63,895 nucleotides of DNA, filler included, from Phoronis australis (GCA_002633005.1; 8 parts of 8 records of this genome joined end to end with filler, not necessarily neighbours in it), one strand, 5' to 3'; shown: positions 49,946 to 62,512, counted from the first letter of the whole stretch. A program made the numbers and translations. Notes: generated by a model not told the origin, from the sequence alone.

Positions 49946-50463
49946 ACCATTTTATGACTTAGCGGGTGAACTTTGGACAAACAAACATTTAACTGTTTGC
50001 TGTTCGTTTACCAGTGGCAACTCCGGTCTTGACATCAGTTTATCAAATTTTGTTCAACTATTAAATGGAGGTAAAATCGAATCAACCTACAAATACGAAG
50101 TGCGTGGCATTACACAAGCCGAAAACCTTATGTTGAATCAATGACGGCGTGGTAAAATCAAACGTTAAGTGATATAGCGGAAAAATAATTTCTAACTTTA
50201 GATATCAGACTTTTTGTGCAGTGCATTATGTATAAAAATAAGCACGAAATTTGAAATTTACAGCAAAATTGCATAAAAATCAGAATACAACACTGGATAT
50301 TTTACGACCTCAAATGTTTTCATGCCGCGGATTGCTCAACAAGCAGCACGCATTTGCGCTCATTCGTTATTGCTCTTGATCATCACGTCATCACGCTGTA
50401 TATTGCGCTTTACCACAGATAATTATTGTTTATTTCTGTATAATTTCTTAATATGTTGGTACA

Positions 50464-50563
50464 NNNNNNNNNNNNNNNNNNNNNNNNNNNNNNNNNNNNN
50501 NNNNNNNTTAATTAATTAANNNNNNNNNNNNNNNNNNNNNNNNNNNNNNNNNNNNNNNNNNNN
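50464..50563. other. Artificial scaffold linker
   Basis: N44-TTAATTAATTAA-N44. Confidence 0.97.
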
Positions 50564-50606
50564 CCCATGTTTATGAGTCCGTTGACCATGTAGTTTAGGT
50601 ACCTTG
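50564..50606. mobile_element. Terminal fragment of the CAAGG...CCTTG foldback MITE
   Basis: Matches the last 43 nt of 51877-52327; cut by the contig edge. Confidence 0.75.
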
Positions 50607-50734
50607 AAGTTGTTTTCCAGTCACCTCATGTGGCGAGAATCTAGGTTGTCTACTTATAGAATGCCTTGCCGGTGAGCTATCTACAAACCTTGACCTCACT
50701 CCCACAAAAAAGAAGGACTGACACTCTCGTCCAT

Positions 50735-50819
50735 TCAGAGGAAGGACTCTGGTCCAATCAGAGGAAGGACTCGGGTCCAATCAGAGGAAAGACTCTGGTC
50801 CACTCAGAGGAAGTACTCG
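50735..50819 (+). repeat. 23-bp minisatellite (TCAGAGGAAGGACTCTGGTCCAA) about x3.7
   Basis: Tandem units with single substitutions. Confidence 0.9.
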
Positions 50820-50836
50820 TGTAAACACTCAACTAA

Positions 50837-51120
50837 AGTGCCGTTTACACTACAAAAGTTGACACGGATCAACTGACACGGAACGAGTTGTTCCAGTGTG
50901 TAAACTGCATTGTCACGGAACAAATTGACACCAGGGCGACAACTTTTGCCAGCGGGACCCATTTCTGTCTTGCCACAGTTAGTGACCGTGGTGACAACTT
51001 TTGCCACCCATTTCCGTCTTGCCACAGTTAGTGAGTTGTGCGTGTAAACGGCCGTTTGACACGGGTCAATTTGTTCCGTGTCAGATGCGCCGGGCCAAAA
51101 GTTGATGTCTAAACAGGACT
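50837..51120. mobile_element. PIF/Harbinger-like MITE (284 bp)
   Basis: TAA|AGTGCCGTTTACAC...GTCTAAACAGGACT|TAA; TAA TSD; internal GTGTAAAC repeats. Confidence 0.8.
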
Positions 51121-51876
51121 TAAAGAGACATCTCCACATCAAATCTACACAGAGTTATTCAAATTACTGACTGTGGATTTGATTTAAAACTTAGTAATTA
51201 AATGACGTCACAAAAACAATCACACAATGAATGGCTTGAAGAAAATGGCTCATTGCCAGACTTTTTAAAGTTATATTAAGGAGACGTAGGAGTAGGACCC
51301 ACAAGTGTGTGTATTTAGTGAAATATAAAAAATGTAAAAGTCCTTTTTTGAAAGTCTCTAATGCAAAAGTGGAACATTTTAAAAACAATTCCAAACAGCA
51401 TTTTGGAAAACGGTACATAAAGCATATAAAATTTCAAATGAATACGATCATCCACTTCTGAGGTATGACGTTATGAATTTACTAGCCAAATCTGGACATT
51501 TTTCTAGGGTCCTACAAAACCTGTGACAACTGTCTCTATTCAAATGGTATTGCATGAACATGTGAACCATATACAGTACTGCAATTTTTTAAAATACGTT
51601 CTTAACATTCCTCACAGGCTCAGAAATTGTTACCACTTTACGCACACTGAAGCTGGTTGCAAGGGTTCTTTTCAATGTTTTAAATTCCCAAAAGTGCTAG
51701 TGTTTTCACAAGTACTTATTTTTGAAGCCAAACAGCTTACTTCAAAGGACACCTGGACAGGTGAAAAATCGCCTTTGAGTGAATATGCTTAACTTATTTA
51801 GCGCACAATATGGTAGACAAGTGATTGTGTTTAGATTTCATCACAGCAGTTAGAACATTTTAGTCTACTGCAATAA

Positions 51877-52327
51877 CAAGGTACCTAAACTACACGGTCA
51901 ACGGACTCATAAACACGGGGCACGGACGCATGAACACGACTCACAGACCTGCAAACACCGTCCACTGACTCACAAACACGGGAACGGACTCACAAAACAC
52001 GATCCACGCACCCAAATACACGGAACACGGACTCATAGTCCCGAGTAAACACGGTTAACGGACCGCCAAACACGGGTCACGGACAAAATGGAGATGTCAG
52101 CTGACCCAGGAAGCCGATGAGTCAGTGACCCTTGTTTGGCGTTCTGTTAACCGTATTTCCTCGAGAATATGAGTCCGTGCCCGTGTATTTGGGTGCATGG
52201 ATCGTGTTTTGTGAGTCCGTTCCCGTGTTTGTGAGTCAGTGGACGGTGTTTGCAGGTCCGTGAGTCGTGTTCATGCGTCCGTACCCCGTGTTTATGAGTC
52301 CGTTGACCGTGTAGTTTAGGTACCTTG
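51877..52327. mobile_element. 451-bp foldback MITE with ~180-bp TIRs and 5-bp TSD
   Basis: AATAA|CAAGGTACCTAAACTACACGG...CCGTGTAGTTTAGGTACCTTG|AATAA; arms built from repeated ACGGACTCA/AAACACG motifs. Confidence 0.9.
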
Positions 52328-52396
52328 AATAATGGTTTGTAGTGTGTGGTGTGTAGTTCTTGTAAAACAACATTTGCTAAAGATCCCAACATTTAT

Positions 52397-54350
52397 AACA
52401 AGAGCAACGCAGAGCATTGAAATGCGCCCACAATTGCACCGTATACGGTATCCTTCTAGGGTTGTTTATTGGTACCATAAAGTGGCCAGTAGAGGGCATA
52501 TATGTAGTATGTTGTACTTTGCAAAATGGAAAGGCATGGTCATTGTCTCCTCAATAGGCTAGGGGCAAAATGTGAGTGATCTTCATAATACAAGCACATC
52601 CTATACATCAGTTGCTTAAAGCACCACAGAAACATAGAATTAAAAACAAATTTACCAACATACGAGATTAGCACAGCATTAGAATGCCAGAAACAAATTT
52701 CTACTTGGAACTTTTCCTTCATAGTCACGAAGTAACACAAAGTATACACCTGAAGACCTATGAAAATACAGAGGNNNNNNNNNNNNNNNNNNNNNNNNNN
52801 NNNNNNNNNNNNNNNNNNNNNNNNNNNNNNNNNNNNNNNNNNNNNNNNNNNNNNNNNNNNNNNNNNNNNNNNNNNNNNNNNNNNNNNNNNNNNNNNNNNN
52901 NNNNNNNNNNNNNNNNNNNNNNNNNNNNNNNNNNNNNNNNNNNNNNNNNNNNNNNNNNNNNNNNNNNNNNNNNATGTTGTACTTTGCAAAATGGAAAGGC
53001 ATGGTCATTGTCTCCTCAATAGGCTAGGGGCAAAATGTGAGTGATCTTCATAATACAAGCACATCCTATACATCAGTTGCTTAAAGCTCCACAGAAACAT
53101 AGAATTAAAAACAAATTTACCAAAATACGAGATTAGCACAGCATTAGAATGCCAGAAACAAATTTCTACTTGGAACTTTTCCTTCATAGTCACGAAGTAA
53201 CACAAAGTATACACCTGAAGACCTATGAAAATACAGAGGTCAATGTAAAATACTTAAATTGCCACTAGAGGCATACCGGTAGTCAGAATCATCCTAAAGT
53301 CCTCATCGTCCGTTGTCAGCATCACATAAATACACTTGCTAAATTTAGTAAAGATCCTGCAAACGGTTTGGGAGATACAGCCACGGGCGCAAAAAAAATG
53401 CCACTAGGAGGCGCCACAGTAATCAAATTCAGCGTCAACCGTCCTCTTCAAAGTAAGAACATACATGCCAATTTTCACAATCATACTTAGAGCGGTTTGG
53501 TTGATAGAGGGGTAGACGCCAAAAAACAGACTCAAAAACAGTAAAAATGGCCACTGGGTGTCGCAAACTAGGTCGAATCCATCCGAAAACAGGAGGATAG
53601 CGTCATCGCACTAATAGGTGACTACATACCGAATTTCATGAAAATCCATTAAGGACTTGTGAAGATACAGAGGTAAACGTAAAAAAATAAAATTGCCACT
53701 AGGGGGCACACTGGTACGCGGATCCGTCCAAAAGTCGTCATCGTCTGTTGTTAACATCATATAAATACACTTTATTAAATTTCGTAAAAATCCGGCGAAC
53801 GGTTTAGGAGATACAGCCATATGTGCAAAAAAAATAAAATTGCCACTAGGAGGCGCCACAGTAGTCGAAATGGTCGGAAAATCATCGCCAACCGTCCTCT
53901 ACTTAGTAAGCATATACATGCCAATTTTCACAATCATCCTTTGAGCGGTTTGGTTGATAGAGAGGTGAACGCACAAAAACAGACTCGAAAACACTAAAAA
54001 TGGCCACTAGGTGGCGCAAACTATGTCGAATCCATCTGAAAACGGGAGGATAGCGTCATCTCACTAATAGGTGCCTACATACCAAATTTCATGAACATTC
54101 GTTCAGGACTTTTGAAGATACAACGCTAAGCGTAAAAAAATAAAATTGCCACTAGGGGGCACACCGGTAGTCGGATCCGTCCGAAAGTTCGCACATGCAG
54201 TCCCATTCATGAATGGAACATATGTGCCAAATTTCATGAACGTATGTCAAAGGGTTTTGGAGATAGAGCAGCGGACGCCGGACGCCGCCCGGACGGACGG
54301 AGATGACGGCATAATGCGTCCACATATTTATAAATATGTGGGCGCATAAA
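52397..54350 (-). mobile_element. Non-autonomous Helentron family 1, best-preserved copy
   Basis: Sub-terminal IR ATGCGCCCACA / TGTGGGCGCAT, hairpin CAACGC-AGA-GCATTG, (GGAC)n tract, terminal palindrome, seven-monomer array; 52509-52774 is repeated at 52974-53239 across the gap (assembly overlap). Confidence 0.88.
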
Positions 54351-54432
54351 AATTTAAAATATGTGCACAAAGACTATTAAATGTCATATCAACAGCATTT
54401 ATTTTTATCAAATACAAACAATAATTCATTGA

Positions 54433-54532
54433 NNNNNNNNNNNNNNNNNNNNNNNNNNNNNNNNNNNNNNNNNNNNTTAATTAATTAANNNNNNNNNNNN
54501 NNNNNNNNNNNNNNNNNNNNNNNNNNNNNNNN
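54433..54532. other. Artificial scaffold linker
   Basis: N44-TTAATTAATTAA-N44. Confidence 0.97.
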
Positions 54533-54533
54533 T

Positions 54534-55035
54534 CATGAAATGATTAAAAATGGTCCTACGTATGTGTGTAGTTGTTGTGATCAAACTTGGTTTAGACATA
54601 GTGTAAGTGAGACAGTGAAAGGGATTAATAAGACTGCAATTGAGAGTTTGCCACTGGAGCAAACTGATGAGGAATACGTGAGTGATACATTTCATAGCTA
54701 CTTAGTGCAAGATAAGATACCACCATGTGCAATGTTGAATGATATGAGATTTCACAAGAAACCAGAAGATATATGTGATCTGTACCCATTAGAGTTGATA
54801 CTTCTGTCACCTCAGATTCCTTTTATGAAGATGTATGCTGCTCCAAGGGGTAATCAGAAGAAAATCAGAGGAAATGTAGTAAACGTTCCAGGAAATGTTT
54901 GTAATACTATTAAAAATGTACTTCCAAGAGCTCCTGATGATATTATGACAATTGCAGCTAATATGAAAAGACAACTGACATACAAGCATGTTGAAACGAC
55001 TGAAAATATACCGCATAATAAGATTGTTGAAATGG
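54534..55035 (+). pseudogene. Helentron/Helitron2 RepHel N-terminal fragment (DUF6570-like)
   Basis: GPTYVCSCCDQTWFRHSV...KIPPCAMLNDMRF...LELILLSPQIPFM...PRGNQKKIRGNVVNVP...LPR...TI...MKRQLTYKH...ENI; the second CxxC reads SDTF, suggesting decay. Confidence 0.8.
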
Positions 55036-55089
55036 CCGGAAAAGAAGATGGGAATTGTATACATGAGAAGGCATTGTGTTTAATGTACA

Positions 55090-56052
55090 CAGGAGTGATG
55101 AAAACAATGAAACGCACCTCAGCAAGTTCCAAAACTGGCCTCAGCTATTTAAGCAGGGACGAATTAGAGGAATGGTGAACAAACATACAACACAATGAAA
55201 AAATGGAAAAACGAAACTACAAGCGGCTGACAGACCGAATAAATAAAGCAATAACAGAGGAGAGCATGGAGATATCGGAGGAGGTTCACCAATGTCTCAA
55301 AACGATACTCTCTGAAAATGAGGCACAGCTAACAGACAAAATTGAGAAAGACTCTATGCAAATGCTGTTGTGGAAGGAACAGAAAAAAATGTTGATCTGC
55401 AAAACAGCAAGAACATGAAATGGCATCCTATGATGCTAAAGTGGTGCCTACAGTTAAAAAATCTCTCAAAGGTAGCATATGACTTAATAAAAAATTCAGG
55501 CTTTCTATTTTTGCTATCCACAAGAACATTGTTCAATTATGTGCACCACATGTCATTGGACACTGGAGTGAAAGATGCGAAATTTTTGTCCTAGCAATTA
55601 AAGAGCATTAACTTTGACTTTTTGCCTGAGCACACACGAAATGTTGTGCTGATTTTTGATGAAATGAAAATAAAGGCAGACCTAGTGTATTCAAAGGCTA
55701 CGGGAAAAGTGATTGGTCAGTGCAACACAGGCTTAATTAATGAACAGTTGACTGCGTTTGCTGCTAACATTGAGAGCGGTGAGGTCTTGCCTCAGCTTGC
55801 TACAAGCGTGTTGCTATTCATGGCACAGGGTACAATAGACTGATTCGTACTGTTTTTCCATGGCCCACTATCCATGTGTTGGTTTTAACTCAGACCAACT
55901 TTATCCTGTTGTGTGGGAATGTGTGCGTGGTGTGGAAACCATTAGTTTAAAGGTTAGAGCTACAGTTTCTGATGGAGCTACAACAAACCGGCATTTTTAT
56001 CACATGCACAAGTTACCAACAGATGCACAGAATGCTGTTGTTTATAGAACTG
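55090..56052 (+). pseudogene. P-element/THAP9-family transposase remnant
   Basis: LLWKEQ / MKWHPMMLKWCL...AYDLIKNSGFL.L.STRTL..Y; VVLIFDEMKIKADLVY (first catalytic D); LATSVLLFM; AHYP...LYPVVWECV...LKVRATVSDGATTNRHF (second D); frameshifts and stops; 3' half absent. Confidence 0.88.
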
Positions 56053-58426
56053 TCGTAATATATGAGTATTAGATACATTTGGTAACGAGAGGATAAAGCA
56101 AAATTATGAACCGGGCAAAGTATTTTATGAAAATGCAGACTTGCATCACCCGTTTGAAGTGTCTGGTTTGTTGGGACTGACACAATGTCTCATGCATTGC
56201 CCCCTTCCCTGTACCTATCCTCCAAACTGTGTGTTGAATTGTGATAAAGGGTGATTAGTGGGTTCCTATTGTGGAGAGCATTGTTGACTTGCTTTTCAGT
56301 CTTGGAGACTGTTTTAAGTTTACAAGCATTGTTCCTTTTATTGGGAATTTTTAAAATAATGATCATACCTTATGTCCTTGCTCTATGCGATGCACACGGC
56401 GTTGCTCTTGTTTTATTAACCGGCATATCATACTGACCAACAAATTCACTTCAGGCACAATGTCCCACCAATCAACAACACCATTTTGACATAATGCCTT
56501 AAAAAGTTTTTTTGTCATTTTTTGTACAACCATTGTCACTGTCATATTAAATGTTGAGTAAAAATAATAAAAAAATATTGTTAAAAGCCTCATTTCATTA
56601 CCTTGCAGAAAATAAATACTTTGTAGTACTTTATACCACGTTCTGATGATTCTATTAAATGATTTAGTGACATCACCCTCGTCTATTGGAATTTGACATA
56701 ATTAATTTGGACACTAAAGGGTTAAGCAGGCTCTGGTATAAAAATACCCTATTGTTAAGTATTAGAGTAGATAAGCCAGTGGAGCGTGAGACCCGTGAGC
56801 CCCAGTCAACTCCTCACAATAATTCCTTGTTATGAATGCAATATACCCACACAAGGCATAGGATCAAGCCCCAATCAGAGTCTCACATCTCACTAAGGAG
56901 ACCATTGCTCCATGGTGAACACGCTGCCTATCAACCAGAGACTGTTGACAGTGTCACGAATAATTAGCCCGTGGTAAACAGCGTAACAAGGTTTATATGA
57001 TCGTTCATAAGCCAAAATGGTACAAGAATGACGATTCTGTACAATTAGCTTCAGTGCATGAAACACTGATAATCCATATAAATAACATTGGTGTTGTAGG
57101 TCCATACCCCATATTATTGACTGTGCTAATACATGATGGCTGACAAGTTAGGAGAACTATGCCGTTTTAAAAGAGTAAATATTCATTCACGAAGACCCAT
57201 CACCATGGTGAGGAGTTCACCGTAACATTCATCAAGATATCATAGATGACATTTCGATCAAGCGCGATGTTACATCTGATTCAGACAAAAAAGAGGCGAT
57301 TGAGGGAGTTCAAAGAAACATCACAAAGTCTCCATCTTCATCTACAAAGGAAGGCAAAGATAGAAAGAAATGACCCACAGCCAAGATTTTCATCGTTCGG
57401 GAAAAGACTCTTACCTATTTTACCTATTCTATATTTTTTCACTTCACTTCTACCAATATTTCATGACATTAAGACATACTTTCAACAATTATAATCAAAA
57501 TCCACGAATTACACAATAAACAGAAAGACATAATGACAGATTATTTAGGGTGTTATTACATCAGAAATACTGGTTGGTGCCAAATCAGCTTAAATTGATT
57601 TGAATAATGNNNNNNNNNNNNNNNNNNNNNNNNNNNNNNNNNNNNNNNNNNNNNNNNNNNNNNNNNNNNNNNNNNNNNNNNNNNNNNNNNNNNNNNNNNN
57701 NNNNNNNNNNNNNNNNNNNNNNNNNNNNNNNNNNNNNNNNNNNNNNNNNNNNNNNNNNNNNNNNNNNNNNNNNNNNNNNNNNNNNNNNNNNNNNNNNNNN
57801 NNNNNNNNNNNNNNNNNNNNNNNNNNNNNNNNNNNNNNNNNNNNNNNNNNNNNNNNNNNNNNNNNNNNNNNNNNNNNNNNNNNNNNNNNNNNNNNNNNNN
57901 NNNNNNNNNNNNNNNNNNNNNNNNNNNNNNNNNNNNNNNNNNNNNNNNNNNNNNNNNNNNNNNNNNNNNNNNNNNNNNNNNNNNNNNNNNNNNNNNNNNN
58001 NNNNNNNNNNNNNNNNNNNNNNNNNNNNNNNNNNNNNNNNNNNNNNNNNNNNNNNNNNNNNNNNNNNNNNNNNNNNNNNNNNNNNNNNNNNNNNNNNNNN
58101 NNNNNNNNNNNNNNNNNNNNNNNNNNNNNNNNNNNNNNNNNNNNNNNNNNNNNNNNNNNNNNNNNNNNNNNNNNNNNNNNNNNNNNNNNNNNNNNNNNNN
58201 NNNNNNNNNNNNNNNNNNNNNNNNNNNNNNNNNNNNNNNNNNNNNNNNNNNNNNNNNNNNNNNNNNNNNNNNNNNNNNNNNNNNNNNNNNNNNNNNNNNN
58301 NNNNNNNNNNNNNNNNNNNNNNNNNNNNNNNNNNNNNNNNNNNNNNNNNNNNNNNNNNNNNNNNNNNNNNNNNNNNNNNNNNNNNNNNNNNNNNNNNNNN
58401 NNNNNNNNNNNNNNNNNNNNNNNNNN

Positions 58427-59447
58427 TCTAAGTCAGTTTTCATTTCACCAACGAGGTCTATATCCTTTAGACCTGTATTAAGATCTTAAACTATGTTTAA
58501 CTTTAGACTTGGTCAGACCCAGGTTTAACTGTTAAATATGTCAGACTTGCATGGTATAGGTACAACTGAACGATGCCGCGGTGTGCAATTGCGACGCAGT
58601 TTTAGAGCGAAAATGGACTATTTCCAATATTCAGGTTTATTACGACACGAGATCAAACGTAGCAGGGGCGGATCCTGGATTTTTTAAAGGGGAGCGGACG
58701 GTCAAGGACTTTTTGAAAGGGGGACCAAGTCAACAATTTGAAAATTATAGATTTGATATCATTAAAATCAAGGGAAAAAGGGGGCTCCGGACCCCTTGAC
58801 CCCCCTGGATCCGCCTATGCGTAGACCAGTACGTGCTGGAGTGTGTCCTGCGGATTCCTCAGAATACGACTGGTCGAGCAGGTCTCATCGTCGCAAGCCC
58901 TACGGATTTGACTTAAGACAGCATCCTCTGATTCTTCTGACTGAGTTCCACCTCCACTGTTCTCCGATTCAATGTTGCCGGGAAGGGTCTTGCCCCCCCT
59001 TTGGCCGCGAAAAATAAACACTAAAATAACACGGAAATAAATTTGGGCATTTATCATTTTACATCTAATCATCAGCATGTTTTTTAATGTGTGTGTGTTG
59101 GGCACACAAATAACATTTTCCTCATGAGAAAAGCTTTTAGACCTTTGTCGCTAATGTCTGCACTGATTCTACTGGTGTATGTCATTCTATACCCACATGA
59201 TCAAGGTTTCATTGAAACACTTCAATAGTTTCTTTGTTGGGTTTACCCAGCTCGACACAGTTGGGTGCCTTTGATACTTTAAACCTGGTTCTACTGAACC
59301 AGCTCCCTGGTCTAGCAAAACCAGGCTTTAAGACTTTTAAACCATGTTGGTGAAATGCAAGTTAGGTCTAAAATTAGACCAGGTTTAGGAAGACCAGGTT
59401 TAAGTCTTAAACCTGGTTTTGTTAAACCACCTTTATGAAATCGGCTG
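58427..59447. mobile_element. Probable Harbinger-like non-autonomous element (left end in gap)
   Basis: Right end TTTATGAAATCGGC; sub-terminal CATTTCACCAAC / GTTGGTGAAATG inverted pair and repeated ACCAGGTTTA/TAAACCTGGT motifs. Confidence 0.45.
58663..58819. mobile_element. 157-bp hAT-like MITE
   Basis: CGTAG|CAGGGGCGGATCC...GGATCCGCCTATG|CGTAG; 5-bp TSD; termini related to the ~1-kb family. Confidence 0.85.
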
Positions 59448-60735
59448 TTGTGGTTTAGGCAGTGGAGTAAGGGAGTTTAAGACACGCCACTGTCATTTTT
59501 TATAGGAATACACAATTAGACTTCTTTCCTGGCTTATTCATTTGGCAATCCCTTACTTTGAATCCATAACACTGACAACAGGAGATTCAGTAGCAAATGA
59601 TGCCACTCTGACATGAACCTCCCAATGATGCATACAACTACAAATTTTTACTGTTAAGGTAACCATCATTAAAACCAGCGACAACTTATCGATAGAAATC
59701 TTGTAGTGGCTGCTCTACACAATTTTTCAGTTGTACCAAGTCACAAGTTGCTACTCTTCAAGGAACAACACACCTCTACAAACTGGACTTGCCATATCAA
59801 CACAGAACGGTGACAAACTGGACTCAGTTTGTCACCGCATAGTGTATAGCCAACATATATACATGGCAAGTACGCCAACTCTGTTGAAAAGAAAATTGCA
59901 CATTATGTATGACATGATTCAAGCAATTCATGTTACATGATTTCACTAGATAAAGATGATAACACTCCACACACACATTATCCTGTACACCACATTGCGT
60001 CCACGCTGTCATCAATTCCAACCCTACCATGTAAAAGCAACATAATATTTAGAAAGTTCTCTTGAAAACTTGCCACAAGTTGCTAAATGTGAAGTGACAG
60101 AACAAACCCAGAATCTTCCAGTTTCAACTGTTTGTCAGCAAACTTAGGCTCTGGCTTATCTTCGTCATGTTGTGTTTCACAGCATTTTGCAGGAAGGTAA
60201 TCCAGCTGGAGTCCTCTTCTGTATAAAAGTGCGCTGATCTAAAAGTGATAAACACAGAACCAACTGTAGTATTTAGAACATAAATTCAGACTCTACACAC
60301 AAAATCATCACTGTTATCGCAAATGTCTGAAAGGCTCAATCTATGACACAAGAAAAGTATAATACACAAACTGTTATGCATATATTACATACAAATAAGA
60401 CACATCCCTCGAAATGAAACAGAACATAGGAGAAAAGACATTGCCGTCTTTCATTTGTGCTAAACTATAATAGTTCTGCTCACAAAGTCCACACCTGTTC
60501 TGTTCCCATGATGAATTTCATTCATCAAGACACATAGTGCAACATAGTGTAGCATAAACTTCAAAATTAGAATATATTTAATGTTCAAGATGACAGTAAA
60601 TCAACTCACTTGAAATTTTCAAGAAGGGATTCCAGTATAATTGAAACGCTCTCAGCCTGAAATACACATGACACATACTGCACAAATAAATTTTGCTTCA
60701 AAAAATCCAAAACATTTCTATGCTTGCACTTTACT

Positions 60736-62146
60736 ACAAGAGCAACGCAGAGCGTTGAAATGCGCCCACAATTGCACCGCATACGATATCCTTCTAGGGT
60801 TGTTTATTGGTACCATAAAGTGGCCAGTGGAGGGCATATATGTAGTATGTTGTACTTTGCAAAATGGAAAGGCATGGTCATTGTCTCCTCAATAGGCTAG
60901 GGGCAAAACGTGAGTAATCTTCATAATACAAGCACATCCTATACACCAGTTGCTTAAAGCACCACAGAAACATAGAATTAAAAACAAATTTACCAACATA
61001 CGAGATTAGCACAGCATTAGAATGCCAGAAACAAATTTCTACTTGGAACTTTTCCTTCATAGTCACGAAGTAACACAAAGTATACACCTGAAGACCTATG
61101 AAAATACAGAGGTCAATGTAAAANNNNNNNNNNNNNNNNNNNNNNNNNNNNNNNNNNNNNNNNNNNNNNNNNNNNNNNNNNNNNNNNNNNNNNNNNNNNN
61201 NNNNNNNNNNNNNNNNNNNNNNNNNNNNNNNNNNNNNNNNNNNNNNNNNNNNNNNNNNNNNNNNNNNNNNNNNNNNNNNNNNNNNNNNNNNNNNNNNNNN
61301 NNNNNNNNNNNNNNNNNNNNNNNNNNNNNNNNNNNNNNNNNNNNNNNNNNNNNNNNNNNNNNNNNNNNNNNNNNNNNNNNNNNNNNNNNNNNNNNNNNNN
61401 NNNNNNNNNNNNNNNNNNNNNNNNNNNNNNNNNNNNNNNNNNNNNNNNNNNNNNNNNNNNNNNNNNNNNNNNNNNNNNNNNNNNNNNNNNNNNNNNNNNN
61501 NNNNNNNNNNNNNNNNNNNNNNNNNNNNNNNNNNNNNNNNNNNNNNNNNNNNNNNNNNNNNNNNNNNNNNNNNNNNNNNNNNNNNNNNNNNNNNNNNNNN
61601 NNNNNNNNNNNNNNNNNNNNNNNNNNNNNNNNNNNNNNNNNNNNNNNNNNNNNNNNNNNNNNNNNNNNNNNNNNNNNNNNNNNNNNNNNNNNNNNNNNNN
61701 NNNNNNNNNNNNNNNNNNNNNNNNNNNNNNNNNNNNNNNNNNNNNNNNNNNNNNNNNNNNNNNNNNNNNNNNNNNNNNNNNNNNNNNNNNNNNNNNNNNN
61801 NNNNNNNNNNNNNNNNNNNNNNNNNNNNNNNNNNNNNNNNNNNNNNNNNNNNNNNNNNNNNNNNNNNNNNNNNNNNNNNNNNNNNNNNNNNNNNNNNNNN
61901 NNNNNNAAAAACTAAAATTGCCACTAGGGGGCACACCGGTAGTCAGATCCGTCCGAAAGTTCGCACATGCCGTCCCATTCATGAATGGAACATATCTGCC
62001 AAATTTCTTGAACGTATGTCAAAGGGTTTTGGAGATAGAGCAGCGGACGCTGGACGCCAGACGGACGCCGCCTGCCCGGACGGACGGACGGACGGACAGA
62101 GATGACGGCATAATGCGTCCACATATAAATATGTGGGCGCATAATA
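60736..62146 (-). mobile_element. Non-autonomous Helentron family 1 (array mostly in N gap 61124-61907)
   Basis: Both ends near-identical to 52397-54350 but different flanks; perfect hairpin CAACGC-AGA-GCGTTG; longer (GGAC)n tract. Confidence 0.88.
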
Positions 62147-62512
62147 AATGTTGTCCAATATGTTATTTAAGCGTTAACAATTAACTTAATAACTACCGTT
62201 AAATTTAATGTCAACTCATTGAGGAAATCTCAAAAGTAACAAAAAACATGAGATTTGTTTATCATGTATTGTTTACACAAGCCTGATATTTGGCCCACTG
62301 TATAAAACTTTTGTCGAAAATTTTTAACTGCAACAAAAGTGTACTCAGTAAATTTATATAATTACAATAACACACAAATCTTTTGAACAATTTCTTTAGT
62401 AAGACCCATTTAAATTTGTGCACCCCCAAACATTCTTGACATCAGAGTGAGCACTAACTTACATTGACTTTCACATCACTGGAGTTCACTGGTGGGTACA
62501 GTCCAGCTACAA

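Noticed and set aside
54140-54600. HINE lying directly beside a Helentron RepHel fragment as one autonomous element
   Set aside because: They are separated by an artificial linker (54433-54532) and belong to different scaffolds.
56700-56725. Isolated piggyBac- or Kolobok-like TTAA ends (also near 19105, 37880, 45790, 47115, 48750)
   Set aside because: No partner terminus could be identified in the same scaffold piece.
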